64,000 nucleotides of DNA from Eledone cirrhosa (Eukaryota): contig OZ024742.1 of assembly GCA_964016885.1 (NCBI GenBank), positions 63,674,001-63,738,000 on the forward strand, read 5' to 3'. The position numbers and the translations under genes are program-made. The notes beneath the pieces are model-generated. The model ran no database searches. It worked only from the letters and a program-made list of their open reading frames with translations, and was not told the DNA's origin. The stretch's first letter is position 1; every line of letters starts with the position of its first letter. Below are positions 1 through 13,329 of this stretch, in pieces.

Positions 1-30
1 ACTCAGGTCAGCAATGATGACATCTTGCTT
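1..30 (-). CDS. Putative host-gene exon (5' part only; runs off the window)
   Basis: Minus strand reads ttttttttgtttcttatag|AAG CAA GAT GTC ATC ATT GCT GAC CTG AGT (KQDVIIADLS): polypyrimidine tract plus AG acceptor in non-repeat sequence. Confidence 0.5.
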
Positions 31-217
31 CTATAAGAAACAAAAAAAACAGTAAAACTATTGAAACAAATATCACATTCCAATAAAACAGGTTGATAAA
101 TATATGATGAGTTGTTACTAAATAAATATACATATGTATACCCATGATATATATATATACATCCATCTATAGACCCTGAACTTCTGATAGAGTCACAGGG
201 GCATTGTAGGCCTTTAA

Positions 218-438
218 CCCATTAGCATTTACATTACTCTATATTTACTATTGTATTTTCATGGCAGAGGCTTTACTTCACATAATTATCTCACATAATA
301 TTAAATCTATGAGATTTTGATATTATTTATTTTGAGAATAAAACCTTAATGTCAGTATGAGCAGCAAGATACAGCCGGTTAGAACAGAAAGGGGTGAGAG
401 GATTCTGGCTGGATATGGCCGGTTTAAATGCTAGTGGA
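218..438. mobile_element. piggyBac-like MITE, degenerate copy
   Basis: Starts TTAA-CCCATTAGCATTTA, ends TAAATGCTAGTGG; homologous along its length to 61527-61727. Confidence 0.6.
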
Positions 439-683
439 GCCCATCCCTTTCCAGATCTGAACATGGTCATTTTTTTTTTTTCTGTGAGGGATAGGTAAAG
501 GAAGAATCAACCCCATAATTGGACTGATAATTTATCAAGCTTGAAAGTATGGAAGCCAAATTTGATGTCAGTGGGATTTGAACACAAAATACAAAGAACC
601 ACACACACACACATATATATATTGTTTCTACTTTATATATATACTACTATATTATACTATACATACATATATATATATATACA

Positions 684-832
684 TATCATCATCATTTTAC
701 GTCCGCCTTTCCCTGCTTGCAAGGGTGGGATAGGTCCTATTCAGCACAGCATCTCTCCACTTGTCACGGTCCTTCGTCATCTCCTCCGTGAGTTTCAGTG
801 ATCTAAGGTCTACTCTCAGCACCTCCGCCCAA
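684..832 (-). mobile_element. RTE LINE 3' end fragment
   Basis: (CAT)n tail on plus strand; matches the 3' end of the RTE at 30105-30260. Confidence 0.8.
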
Positions 833-875
833 TATGTATATATTGTTTCTACACACACACACATATATATATATA

Positions 876-914
<39 letters not shown>

Positions 915-997
915 TAATTCAAAATATTAACAAAATAGATATTCTTGTGATCAAGTATATTTTATTATACATATTTCATTGAACCTTGTTTAACTTT

Positions 998-1044
<47 letters not shown>

Positions 1045-1050
<6 letters not shown>

Positions 1051-1443
1051 ATAAATGCTCTGAAATAGCGATATATATGTGAATATAGACATAGAATATT
1101 CGAAAATATTTTCGAATATTCTATGTCTATATTCACATATATATCGCTATTTCAGAGCATTTATTCCAATTTCTAATTTCTGCCGGACCGGCAACCGCTC
1201 TTTCAAACCAGTTCCTGTACACAGCTAAGTATTCTATAAGTCTCTAGCTGTGTCATTCTCGATAAAAGCACTGGATATGTAGTCCTGATGATTTCTAACA
1301 AGAATGAAACGCGTAGATTACTTCCCTTGCTTTTATCGAGAATCTAATTGTAATACGTGACGTATTCTATTCTATAGCGATTAGGTCTTCAAAATGTTTA
1401 TTATAAACATACAGAATATTTTCGAATATTCTATGTCTATATT

Positions 1444-1454
<11 letters not shown>
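1045..1454 (+). mobile_element. Non-coding PLE-derived / retrozyme-like unit with 5' fold-back
   Basis: Perfect 126-bp palindrome 1045-1170; direct repeat 1105-1144 / 1415-1454 (310-nt period); contains an HHR; flanked by (TA)n. Confidence 0.75.
1279..1321 (+). ncRNA. Type I hammerhead ribozyme
   Basis: gtagtc CTGATGA t ttct aaca agaa t GAAA cgcg TA gattac; outer 16-bp helix attctcgataaaagca / tgcttttatcgagaat. Confidence 0.85.
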
Positions 1455-1474
<20 letters not shown>

Positions 1475-1478
<4 letters not shown>

Positions 1479-3069
1479 ATGAATGGCTTGTGAGAGCCAT
1501 ACAAGCCATGTATAAAGAAACAGTCAGCAAGGTTAGAATTAACAACGAATATAGTGAAGAGTTTAGCGTAAAAGTTGGTGTTCATCAGGGCTCCGTCCTT
1601 AGCCCCCTACTATTTATTATTGCCCTTCAGGCTATAACAGTGGAGTTCAAGACCGGCTGCTCATAGGAACTCCTATATGCAGATGATCTAACGCTCATAG
1701 CTGAATCAATGGCTGGAACTAGAGAAGAAATTCCAAACATGGAAGCATGGCCTAGAATCAAAAGGTCTTAAAGTTAACTTGTCTTAGACTAAAGTTCTAG
1801 TTTGTAGGAAGGAAAATAGGGCACCGGTCCCATCTGGGAAATGGCCATGCTCAGTGTAGGAAAGGAGTAGGAAAGGAGTAGGCAGAAATTCCATTTTATG
1901 TCCCAAATGCAAAGTATGGGTGCATAAAAGATGTAGTGGGATCACAGGTAAGCTAACTAAGAATATAGATTTTATATGTGGCCAGTGCTCTGGTACAATA
2001 AGTAGCAGCAAGTGCCCACGGAATACTAGCTTATTCCATTGCACAGATGGTTCTATAGAAATAGTGGACAGCTTCCGTTACCTGGGTGACAAAATCAGCA
2101 GTGGGGGAGGGTGCTCTGAAAGTACAGTAGCTAGAGTCAGAACAGGATGGAAAAAGTTCAGAGAGCTTATACCACTATTGGCCGCTGAAGGGTTCTCTCT
2201 AAAAATGAAAGGCAGGCTGTATGATGCTTGCATACAAACAGCAATGTTACATGGCAGTGAGACCTGGGCATTGTGTGCAGAGGATATACGCAGACTGGAG
2301 AGAAACGAAGCTTGCATGCTCCGCTGGATGTGTAATAGTATTATACGTGAACAGCAAAGCATAAACGAACTAAGGGAGAAATTAGGAATAAGAGGGATCA
2401 GATGTTATTTACTCGAGAGAAGACTACGTTGGTACGGTCACGTGATGCGCATGAAAGATGACAGCTGTATTAAAAAATTGCAGGGTGATAAAAATAGACA
2501 GTAGCCACGGAGTAGGCAGACCCAGAAAAACCTGGGACGACTTGATAAATTCCGACCTCACACACTTACACCTCTCCAAGACAATGTCACTGGACCGAGA
2601 TCTTTGGCGGTATTCAGTAATACAGAAGACCCGCCTTGCCTATGTACAAAGCGAAACCTACAGTCAGTAGGCACCTCTTAACCAAATATAAACCCCAATC
2701 CACTACCCCTACCCTATCCTCCCACTCCCACTCCCACCAACACCACCCTCTCTCTATAAAGTTGGTACCACAACATCCAGTCCAAATAAATGAGATAAAT
2801 GAGAACGAGATAGAGATCATGTAGGTGTCACGACAAAAAAAACACAGTCCACGCTGTAATGTGGCCTTGTAGGTAACACGGTAAAAAGTTCCCAGTTCCA
2901 CACTGTAAATGTGGTTGGTGTTAGGAAGGGCATCCAGCCGTAGAAAACCTGCCAGATTGTCCTATATGAGCGAGACACGGTCACCCGACCAACCTTGCCT
3001 CTAGTGGGACAACTCCTGTCTAACCCATGCTAGCGTGGAAAGTGGACGTTAAACGAAGATGATGATGAT

Positions 3070-3071
<2 letters not shown>
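1475..3071 (+). mobile_element. 5'-truncated RTE-clade LINE (disrupted RT, 3' UTR, (GAT)n tail)
   Basis: GVHQGSVLSPLLF, LYADDL, Cys-rich insert (VHKRCSG...CGQC), FRYLG, HGSETW, RLRWYGHV, GRPRKTW; several frameshifts and stops. Confidence 0.9.
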
Positions 3072-3151
<80 letters not shown>

Positions 3152-3152
<1 letters not shown>

Positions 3153-3925
3153 TGGTCGCTGTGTGCAGAGGACCTGTGAAGATTGAAAAGAAATGACGCT
3201 TGCATGCTCTAATGGATGTGTAATAGACAGCAAAGCATAAATGAACAGAGAGAGAGGAACTAGGCATAAGAGAAATGAGATGCAGTGTGCAGGAGAGGAG
3301 AGGAGACTGCATTGGTTTGGACATGTGACGTGTATGAAGGATAACAGTTGCATAAAGAGGTGCAAAGTGCTCAAAGTTGATGGAAGCCATGGAGTGAGAA
3401 AACCCAGGAAGGCATAGGATGAGTTGATAAAAGCTTACCTGGCACAACTGCACCTCTCGAGATATCGGGTATTATGCAGTAATACAGAAGCTTCGCCTTC
3501 CCATGAGCACAGGCTGAAGCACACATACAGTATGCACCACCTTCACCTCCGCCCCACTTCATTCCATACACATCCCATAAGCACAGGCTGAAGCATACTC
3601 TAGTGTGCACCACCTTCACATCCACCACACCCTCCTTCCATGTCATAACACTCCATCCCCACACATGCCAAAATACCCACCTCCCCAATCCCCACACAAA
3701 TCTCCCACCAAAGTCTCCAGCCCACACATGTAGGTGTCACGACAAAAAACACCTAGCACACACTGCAAATGTGGTTGGCGTTAGGAAGGACATCCAGCTG
3801 TAGAAACCAAGCCAAAAGCAGTTCTCAATGATTAAGGCATGGTCACCTGACCTGGCATTTCTTGAAACAGGACAACTTGTCTAACCCATGCTAGCATGGA
3901 AAAATTGACGTTAAACGGTGATGAT
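3152..3925 (+). mobile_element. Degenerate RTE 3' fragment with SINE-like 3' module
   Basis: Homologous to 2260-3070, including gtggttggcgttaggaaggacatccagc and aacccatgctagcatgg. Confidence 0.7.
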
Positions 3926-3979
3926 ATATATATATACATACACACACACACATATACATGTTATATATATATATATATA

Positions 3980-4010
3980 CTAGACAAGTACCTGGCATTG
4001 TCCAGGAAAT
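3980..4010 (-). mobile_element. Helitron 3' terminus
   Basis: a-CTAG followed on plus strand by hairpin cctgg-cattgt-ccagg, i.e. hairpin plus CTAG end on the minus strand. Confidence 0.5.
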
Positions 4011-4519
4011 AATTCACTAAGCTGGTTGCCAATTGGTTGAATGAGAATCATGGTAATTCTACATGATTTTCATCATTTACAACCTTTCTTGCTCACATGC
4101 TTCATATTTCCTAAAGCCACCCAAGTTAGTGGGTGTACTGGACGCAGATTTTGCATGGCACCACCACTACCACTACCACTTTAAAGAGTCTACTGTGTGC
4201 ATTTTCCATAACACTGACACTAATATCTTACAAGGTGTACAGGGTATGTTTTATTATGTCACCAGCACTAGGTTAACAAATGCTAGTCCATAATGAAGGC
4301 AACACTTAAACCCTTTATTGCTTGTTTAATTGCCAACAGTTAAACAACTGGTCTCTCACTACATTTGCTTTTTGTGTAACAAACATTTTGAAGGCTTTTC
4401 GCTATGAATTTTAACGTAGTGACAAATGTCACATACCTAACTTCAACAAAAGCAGGGGGAGGTATTCGATGATGCCACCATTTTTCACTCATAAGTGGTT
4501 GTAAAGACTACATATCTCC

Positions 4520-5045
4520 CCACTTTTGCTGAAGCTAAACTAAGCTTGCAAGGGTGGGACGGGTCCTGCTCAGCACAGCATCTCTCCATTCGTCACGGTC
4601 CTTCGTCATCTCCTCCGTGAGCTTCAGCGATCTGAGGTCAGCTCTCACCACCTTCGCCCATGATTTTCATGGTCTTCCTCTATTGTGTCTTCCTTCTACT
4701 GGGATTTCTTGGCACTTCTTTATCCAGCGGTCATCCTCCATGCGCATCACATGTCCATAACAATGCAGTCTTCTCTCCTGCACACTACAGCTTATCCCCC
4801 TTATATACAGTTTCTCTCTCAACTCGTCTATGCTTGGTTGTTCACGCACATCGACATTGCATATCCAATGGAGCATGCTTGCTTCATTTCTCTCCAGCTG
4901 TCGCATATCCTCTGCAGTTGCAGCCCATGTCTCACTACCATGCAGCATCGCGCATCTCACACAGGCATCATATAACTGGCCTTTCGTTCATAGGGAGAAA
5001 CCTTTCTTTGTCAACAGAAGAAGCAGCTCCCTAAACTTCTTCCAT
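4520..5045 (-). mobile_element. RTE LINE 3' fragment
   Basis: ORF 4667-4960: HGSETWA...LERNEASML...RLHCYGHVMRM...GRP. Confidence 0.85.
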
Positions 5046-5259
5046 ATATATATATATATATATACAAACACACACACATATATAAGTTAACAGAGGAAGG
5101 TCAAGGAAAAGACACTGGAAAATCAGTGCAAAAATAACAAATGGATACATCCCAACATCCCACTCATCAACTGCCTGCTGTTAATGAACACAATTTCATG
5201 TACATGAATTCAACAAGAACATCATCAACAACATCAACAACAAAAACAATTTCTCATAC

Positions 5260-5304
5260 CTTATCTTGTCCACATTCCAAACATCCCATTCTTCTATATC
5301 CAGG
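5260..5304 (-). CDS. Putative 45-bp host-gene exon
   Basis: tttctgttttctttccttcatttcag|CCTGGA...GATAAG|gtatgag; strong acceptor and donor; reads PGYRRMGCLECGQDK and joins in frame to KQDVIIADLS. Confidence 0.6.
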
Positions 5305-5949
5305 CTGAAATGAAGGAAAGAAAACAGAAATATATTAGAAATAGACGCCATTTGATATATATATAATTGTTCAATTAAAGAGAGTTAATTGATTTAGAAT
5401 CAGCTGACTTTTATATAATTGTACATGTTTATCTGTAGTTTTGTTGTAATAATAATAAACAAAAGACCATCAACTATTTATTTTATGAAATAAATTTGGA
5501 TGGACTAAAGTAACTGTCTTTTGTTAAGGGTGAAAGCAGCGATTCTTTGCTTAAACTTTAATCTGTTATTTTAATAAATATTTGTTCTACGGTTCATATA
5601 TATTTGATATATTTTTATCCCTCTTTGGATTTTAGTCTTCAAATTTATTATTATTACTATATATTATATATATATATATATTATAGGAAAAGATTCAGGA
5701 CTCCAGCGGCTGAGCTCCGACCGTTTCGGAAGATTGTTTAAATTTTTTAATCAACCATCAAACAACAAACCAGTTATTAAACTAACCAGTTATTAAACTA
5801 ACCGATGAAAAATTATAATAATGAATTGAAGTGAAACTTTACTGGTGTGTGTGCTTTTATTGGCAGCATAATCATCCCAAAATATAACAATATCTGTTTC
5901 AATATACGTTTTCACATCAAAAGTTTTGCAAAACAAATACAAAAATATA

Positions 5950-6720
5950 TATCATCATTTTTTTACGTCCATTTTTCCACACTTTCATGGGTTGGACAGG
6001 TTCTTCTCAGAACAGCATCTCTCCACTTGTGTTCCTTTGTCATCTCTGCAAGTCTTAGCGATTTGAGGTCAGCTCTCCTAAACTCTGCCCAAGTCTTTCT
6101 TGGTCTTCTTCTACTGTGGCTTCCTTCCACACATCCAACGAAGCATGGTTGCTTCATTTCTCTCCAATCTATGCATGTTCTCTGCAGTCGCAGCCCATGT
6201 TTTACTAACATGCAGCATTAAATTTTGCACACAGGAGTTATACTGTAATCCTTTTGTACAAAGGGAGAAACCTTTTATTGTCAATAGTGGGAGTAGCTCT
6301 CTAAACTTCCATAATATCCTTATTCTAGCTATTATACCTTTACCGCACCCTCCCCTGCTGCTAATTAACTCACCTAGAACAGAAGCTATCAACCACTTCT
6401 ATGGACCCTTTCTGTGACTGGAAAAGGTTTATATCACTGGCACTCTTCCTCTTAATTACCTCTGTGCATCTTCTACATGCAAGGTCCTCCCTTCCTGTTA
6501 GTTTACTCATTATCACACTTCATCTTTTGTGAACCCAAAATTTACAGTGTGTACATCATATGGAGACTATTTCTACTCCTTTTCTATATATTGAGCAGGG
6601 CTACTTCTCTGCAGGAATCAGGGTTCTATCTTCTTTCCAAATCAATAGCACTTTAGTTTTGGTTAAGTTTACTCTCAGACCTTTTGATTCTAAATTCTGT
6701 TTCCCAGAATTTATTTTCTA
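5950..6720 (-). mobile_element. RTE LINE fragment
   Basis: KFRELLPLL, LERNEATMLRWMC and RPRKTWAE motifs. Confidence 0.85.
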
Positions 6721-6959
6721 GTTCTTTTATGGTTTCAAACTGCCTTGCAATATGGAACACTTCACATCTCTGGTCCTCATGTCTCAAGACTTTCTTCAGC
6801 TTCTCTCTCTGAGCTGTGTAAACCTGTCATCTAGATTCTTTCTTAGCTACCTGGTACCAGTCTCTGCTAACCCCATTTTCCCAGTCTTTCCATGCCTGAC
6901 TCTTTGCTTTATTGGCTCTATCCACTGTGCTGTTCCACCATTAGATCACCCTATTTCTG

Positions 6960-7410
6960 GTGCTTACCTCCAGCTGCAAGTCTCGTCAGTAGTTAGCAAC
7001 AACTACCGCACCTCACAGAGCTCCTTCCTCAGACAGGCTGCTGACGATCTGATTTTGTAAAAGAGTCGGCAGTACAGGGTCCAAGTAAACCTGAGGTCTC
7101 AACAGTGACCGGTGCGAAGAGGAAGCGGCTGGACAATACCTGGTATTTGTTTACCTTCCTTTCCTCTGCATAGCAGGCTACAGTACTGGGGTTTGTGGCC
7201 GAAGCGATTAAGTTGGAGGCAGAGAACATGTCACAACATGTGGCATCACAGATGCGGGATCTACCTCATTTGAATGGGAAGAGGGTGATTCCATCGGGGT
7301 GCTTGCCATCTCCGCAGTCAGGCTCCAGTAGTGATGAGAAGCCAGCAGCAACCAGGTTCCTTCTTAATATGTCGTTGAGAGCGGCATGTCAGGGTAATCG
7401 GCCTATTGAC
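6960..7410 (-). mobile_element. CRE/R2-type retrotransposon C-terminal restriction-like endonuclease remnant
   Basis: PDGITLFPF...DATCCD...AEERKVNKY...FAPVTVETSGLLGP, the PD-(D/E)xK RLE signature. Confidence 0.7.
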
Positions 7411-7637
7411 CATAATAATACACCACCTATTTGTAAATATATATTTATGTCTGTAATTTCCACAGCTACTTTGATATATATCACATACATGATCTATTGA
7501 GACCTAACACACACACACATACAGGCAATGCATTTCCTACTTCAGTCATGTTGCTTACATAAGTTCAGAATTAAATTCAGTAATGACACATACACACAGA
7601 ATTCAATTGACACTTTGATACAATAATTTATATTTGA

Positions 7638-8875
7638 CTAGCTGAGGTACTCGACTTCGCCCGGGAGAATAGTTAAGAGAAGACGGATAAAAGAGAAAAC
7701 GACTGTATTGGATGTGTTGTCTGGTATGAGGTGAGACTGTAATGTGTGTGTGAGTGTGTGTGAGAGATATTAAAAAAAAACAATCATAAAACTTCCTTAT
7801 TAGGCTGGGGGAATAAACTGCCGATTAAATGGTAGCATTGGCCTTTGATTTTAAATGTTGTGAAATAGCCTTAGTCAGTATGATCTTTTTCAGGTCCAAA
7901 GGACATCATCTGAAATGCAGCAATATATTGCATAACATTGCTTCTGAAATGTTTAGCTTCGTTAACACGGACTGTAAGTAGTATATGGATAAATGCTGGA
8001 GGGTAGATTAATTTTAAATAGTATCAATTTTTCTTTGTTCTGTAAAATCAAAGACTGTAAAACGACTTTATAAAAGCTAACGCAATATTGTTAAATCTTC
8101 CTATAGATCAAAGGATCTATAGTTTAAGCAGATTCTAGACTTTTGTGGGACGTTACTCACTCTCTCCCTCTGAATATTTAACACTTTAATTTATGTATCT
8201 CTGTATAATGGCCTATCTTTCTCTTTCTGCCTCTCCCTCTGTGTTTCTCTCTCTTTAGATGTGTGTGTAGTTTTTGTGTGATTCAACCTACCAACCAACT
8301 AATAAACATCTCTCTTTTATATTATATACTAGTTGAATTACCCGGCGTTGCCCATGTTACTGCTGTTCTTATTCATATTAATAAACAAATATGAAGATAT
8401 GTTTTTCTTTTCTCATAATTATTTCAAAATATCTATATTTTATTTTGAAAATATCAAAATTGTAATGATAATAGAATTTACAAATAAAAATCTGTCAATC
8501 TTGAAGCACCTAGGATAAACAAGATTCATTGTGTAATTCATGTATGTGTAGATGTGTGTGTGTATTTAATAACGTACCTAATGAACGCACAAACACAGAC
8601 ACATACATATTCATATACAAAATGTGACGTCCTATTGTTTTAATCCAAATGAAAATAAAAATTATCACACATACTCACACACACTCTCATACATATACTA
8701 GGACAGACACACACAGACATACATTCACACACACCTGTCTGTCATCACATATGTATGTGTAGATGTGTGTGTTTCATTGTCTGCGTGCACACTCATATAC
8801 AAAATGTGACGTCGTGGTGGTGGTTTACTATAGTTGACTAAAGAAAATATCGTAATGTCAGTCAACACACATACA

Positions 8876-8913
<38 letters not shown>

Positions 8914-9320
8914 AACATACATTCACATACATATACTAACACACACACATACAAAATGTGACGTCTACACTCTCACATACACTCACACACATTATGTGTA
9001 TATATGTGTAGATGTGTGTATGTTTAATTCTCTGAGGCCTAACATACATACATAACGAACACACAAACACACAGGCTCATAGACTCATAACAAAATGCGA
9101 GTCGTCGCCGTCGTGGTTTACTGTAGTTGACTATAAAAATATTATTTTAGATAAAATCTTATATTGTTTTAATCCAAATGAAAATAAAAATTACATGTTG
9201 ACACTCCCGGGGTCTAATACTATTATTACCTTGTAAATTTTGATTTGATTTGGTCCAGTCGTTAGAGAAAGCATAGGAACAGACAGACAGACAAAGAATG
9301 TTATATAGAGAGTTATAGAT
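7638..9320 (-). mobile_element. Non-autonomous Helitron(s) with Rep fragments
   Basis: 3' CTAG plus hairpin at 7638 and a second CTAG end at 8329; Rep remnant AKHFRSN...AFQMMSFG...TFKIKGQCYHLIGSL at about 7790-7970; 5' end near (GACA)n...tatagat at 9320; homologous to 54070-54480 and 59730-60457. Confidence 0.75.
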
Positions 9321-9424
9321 GAATAAAGTATCAAGTCTGAGAGGAAAATATGTATGAATTATGTTACTGCTTTGAAGTTCGTGTGCATGTGTGTGTCGGT
9401 GTATATATATATATATTATTTTTT

Positions 9425-11590
9425 TTTGTTCAATTAAAGAGTTATTTGATTTAGAATCAGCCGACTTTTATATAACAGATGCCAAGCACTCAATGATATA
9501 TGTTTATCTGGAGTTTTGTTATAATAATTAACAAAAGACAATTACTTTAGTCAATCCCTATTTATTTTATTATACATATTTTGAAGATGTATGGCTTATG
9601 TATAACATAAGTCTAAATATGTTCTCTTCAGATAAAATCCACAGTAGATGTAGATATCATTTGATATGCAGGCCGTCAAACGAGCTATTCAGTTCGGTGG
9701 CTGGCAAACATATACCTGGAAAAAACCTTGACCCAAAAGATATTATATGAGTGGGAAAAAATATTATAGTTGTTGTTGGCGTTTTTGAACTGGCTGAAGT
9801 ATGAGGGTACCGGATTGGTCAAACAAATAAAAAAAAAACAATTATGGACTGTTAGTCTATTTAATTTATCACTTATGTTTATGATTAAATTAGATACTAA
9901 ATCAAAATTTAAAAATTTATTCAAAGATTCTAAAGTTATAATGTAACTATATAATAAAGAAAAATTACTAATTTCGTAGTCAATTTATCTTTGTTTATAT
10001 TTACAATTTTATTTTAGTAGATATTATATGAGTTGAAAAAAATATTTAACAGTTGGCGTTGATATTTTAAAAAACTGGTTAGGGTATCACGTTACCGGAT
10101 TAAACAATTAGTTCAAAGGAAAAGTTGTATGCATCATAGCCTAACTTATTATTTTATGTTAGAATTAAATCACTTAGATGCTATTTAAAAATTTAAGATA
10201 GATGTTAAAGTTATAATGAAGAAAAACTATATAACTTATTTCATAGTCTATTTAGCATTATTTACATTTTAACAACAAATTAGCATAAAACTATATCTAA
10301 AGAAATTTTGTATTGCTTATTTCATAGCATATTTAGCTTTATTTAAAATTTTAAATAAATACCCTATGAAACATTTTGCTGAATTTGTGAAGACAAGAGC
10401 TGAAGATTTAAGAGCGTTTATTTATAATTAATTGTCTATTTTCTATGATGTGAAGAATCTCTGTGGTTCAGAGGTCACACCCCTTAGATATAAATGCATT
10501 TTCATAAGGAAAAGCATGAAAAAGTTTCTGCCAAGAAAGGTAATATTCAATTGTTATTTTTAAGCGACCAAATCAATTCTGAGAGGGTCATGCTAAATCT
10601 TTTATCTTTTCTTTTAAACGAGTGGCGATGGTTATACCACCTTTCTTTAAATTTGGAGGAAGTTACACCAATATAACTATAAGACTTATTATTCGTTTTA
10701 ACTACTCATTCATAAACTAAATTCCGATCAAGACAGTTATTACTTAATGGGAAAAATTACGATTTTTACAATTACAATTATTTCTGTTACTATACAAAAT
10801 TCCTTCTCTGTGTCCGTATGTCGGTAGATTTCTCTCATCTATGTTAATGGAATTATCACTGCTATACGAGATGTTATTTATTCTATTAGTGATTTTATGT
10901 TTACAATTGTGAGTTATCTCCCTATGTTTAATTCCAAGATTTCCATTGTTAATTTTAGCTATATTTTGGGCAATATTTTCAGTAGTCGAGTAAGAAAGTT
11001 TAATTATGTGTCGTTAAAGATTTTACTGTATTTATGTGATCTAGGAAAACATTTATCTAGTGCGTTAAAGAAAAGACTAGCTAAGTTCTTAATTCTGATG
11101 GTTAGTGGTAGATTATACGACAGTACGGAGCGAGATCGAACCCCCTTGTGTAACTTATTGGTTGTATAGAAGTTAAATCCATTTGAAATCTGATTTGTCC
11201 TAACTATTGTTTTGATTTCAGATACCCACATTATTACAATTGCCATTAACTATGTGTATGTTAGTGTTAATATCTACTGTTTATTTATTTCTATGCGGGG
11301 TGGGGTGGGGTGGGGGAATTATGTTTATCTATATCAATTTTATCAAGGTAACCTGCTCTATTTAATGCATTATTATACTAGCTTTACTATAAAACAATTA
11401 AAAATAGTCAACTTCCTAGACATAACGTTAAACCTTAATTCAGGTCTTTACTACCCATTCCATAAATTAAATGAAAACCTTAATTATGTTAGCTACCACT
11501 TAAACCACCCTAGAAACGTTAAGAAGGTCATAGTTAAAAGCATTCAACAAAGAATCTCTAGACTCTCAGCTAATAAGGAAATTTATGCGG
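9425..11590 (-). mobile_element. Decayed PLE with internal inversion
   Basis: Minus ORF 11004-11246 (LFFNALDKCFPRSHKYSKIFN) matches the 27711 ORF; plus-strand RT thumb FLDITLNL...NHP...IQQRISRLS at 11400-11585; degenerate HHR at 9564-9638. Confidence 0.7.
9564..9638 (-). ncRNA. Degenerate hammerhead ribozyme (GAAA changed to AAAA)
   Basis: attttat CTGAAGA [long stem II] AAAA tatg TA taataaaat; same flanks as the HHR at 29215. Confidence 0.55.
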
Positions 11591-12675
11591 GGATATATAT
11601 ATATCCGCATTCCCAGAATGCATTGGGTGCATTTTGTCCAGTACCGGATTCAGGACAAATGGGGCCCTGTGCTAGTTAAGTACTTGAGCCCTGAAGGAAA
11701 AATTCACCAAGCACAATGGTAAATCTGGCACTGGTTTTGTCGTAGTGCCAGTACTAGAGAATTTGTCGACATAACTGAAGAGTCATCTCGACCTTTTAAG
11801 CAAATTTTCTATGACTGGATGTCCTTCCCAATGCCAACCACTTATATGTACGCAAGCCTCTCGCTTAAATACATTTCCACAACCCCCAGAGTGTACTGGG
11901 TACATTTCTCATGGCACCAGTATTTGAGGGGTTGCCATGTTCATGGCTTGACTGAAGATTCCTCCTAACCCTTTTGGTAGGTTATCTACGGTTAGATGTC
12001 CTTAAAACTAAGTATCAACAACCAGATGCAAGATAATTGGTAGCTGTATCAACCGCACGTCTTTCAGTGTGTCCTTCTCTCAAACGAAAAAGAAAAGGGT
12101 AACTGCAGCAACCATAGGTTTTCCCAGATAAATAATAAAAAGGTTAAATAGATAAATAAGATAAAATGAAATAAAAAAGAAAATTATTTGAAAGTTGAAA
12201 AGTTAAAAAAAAAATACACGCATATGCAAACGATCCAGCCCAGACCCACATACAATACATACACTGTTGGATGGCCATTGACTCTCATGAGTTCCTCCGC
12301 CCTTTGTCAGGTCTTGCTTTTCATACTGCAGGGTGTCCAATCACCCTCCTCACCAAGTAAGCTTAGTGGGTTGCCGATTTAGTCGCCGATGACGCGACCA
12401 CGTAACAGATTCTACTAGGAGTGACCTAACATAACACACACACGCACACACACAAAGGCTATGTGAACATAGAGCAAGAACAGAAGATTTACAATTTAAA
12501 ACAATTTTAAAAGTTTGCCTTTAGTTACAATCCACATAAAGACTATGCCTCATAACCTTTAATTTGAATTTCCTCAATGAACAAAATTTGTCCAAATTGT
12601 GGTGCTAAAAATGGAATGGTGAGTCAACTGGATTGTGCTGTTTAAATATAAACCCTTATTATTATTATTATTACT

Positions 12676-12780
12676 GGTGGATTGGCAGTATCGGTAGAGG
12701 GTTAGACGCCATGCTTTGAAGAGCACAGAGTTACAGCACTAGAGTTCAAATCCTGCCGAGGTTAACTTTGCTTTTCATCC
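12676..12780 (+). mobile_element. tRNA-derived SINE, 3'-truncated
   Basis: A box TGGCAGTATCGG, B box GTTCAAATCC; same family as 62982-63172. Confidence 0.8.
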
Positions 12781-13162
12781 AAACTATTTACACATGACAG
12801 TTCTTTCAATATTGATCAGCTGAAGCCACAATCATGATGACAAGAATCTGACATTGCATTGACAGCTCATTAGATATGCAGGTTTATATGTGCAGAACAT
12901 ATTCAAACGGTGTCTCGTTATGGTTATCATGATTGCATCTTCAGCTGATTAATATCGAAAGACTGACCATTTGTAAATAAAGTTTATATATGATGGAACC
13001 GTAAGACATTTTCCTGATTACTTTTATTTACACTCTACAGGTTACAGTTGCTCTTAGTTACATGGACGTATAAACCCTACATTTGATGGACTTTTGAACT
13101 GTATTGAGTGCCCTGATTAACAAACCGCTTGTAACTATAGTTACAAACCTACCCACTATACA

Positions 13163-13198
13163 TTTCCTGAAGAGAGACTTATGTCCGATACATTGAAA
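13163..13198 (+). ncRNA. Degenerate hammerhead ribozyme in a PLE pLTR remnant
   Basis: tttc CTGAAGA ga gac ttat gtc c GATA catt gaaa; core GAAA is mutated. Confidence 0.45.
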
Positions 13199-13295
13199 CC
13201 TCATTTACTTCTTCCTGAGTGTAAAACTAATAACACTTTTTGTTTTTGCATCTCTGAGTTTGTCTTGTCAATTCTTGAACCATATATATACATTC

Positions 13296-13328
<33 letters not shown>

Positions 13329-13329
13329 G

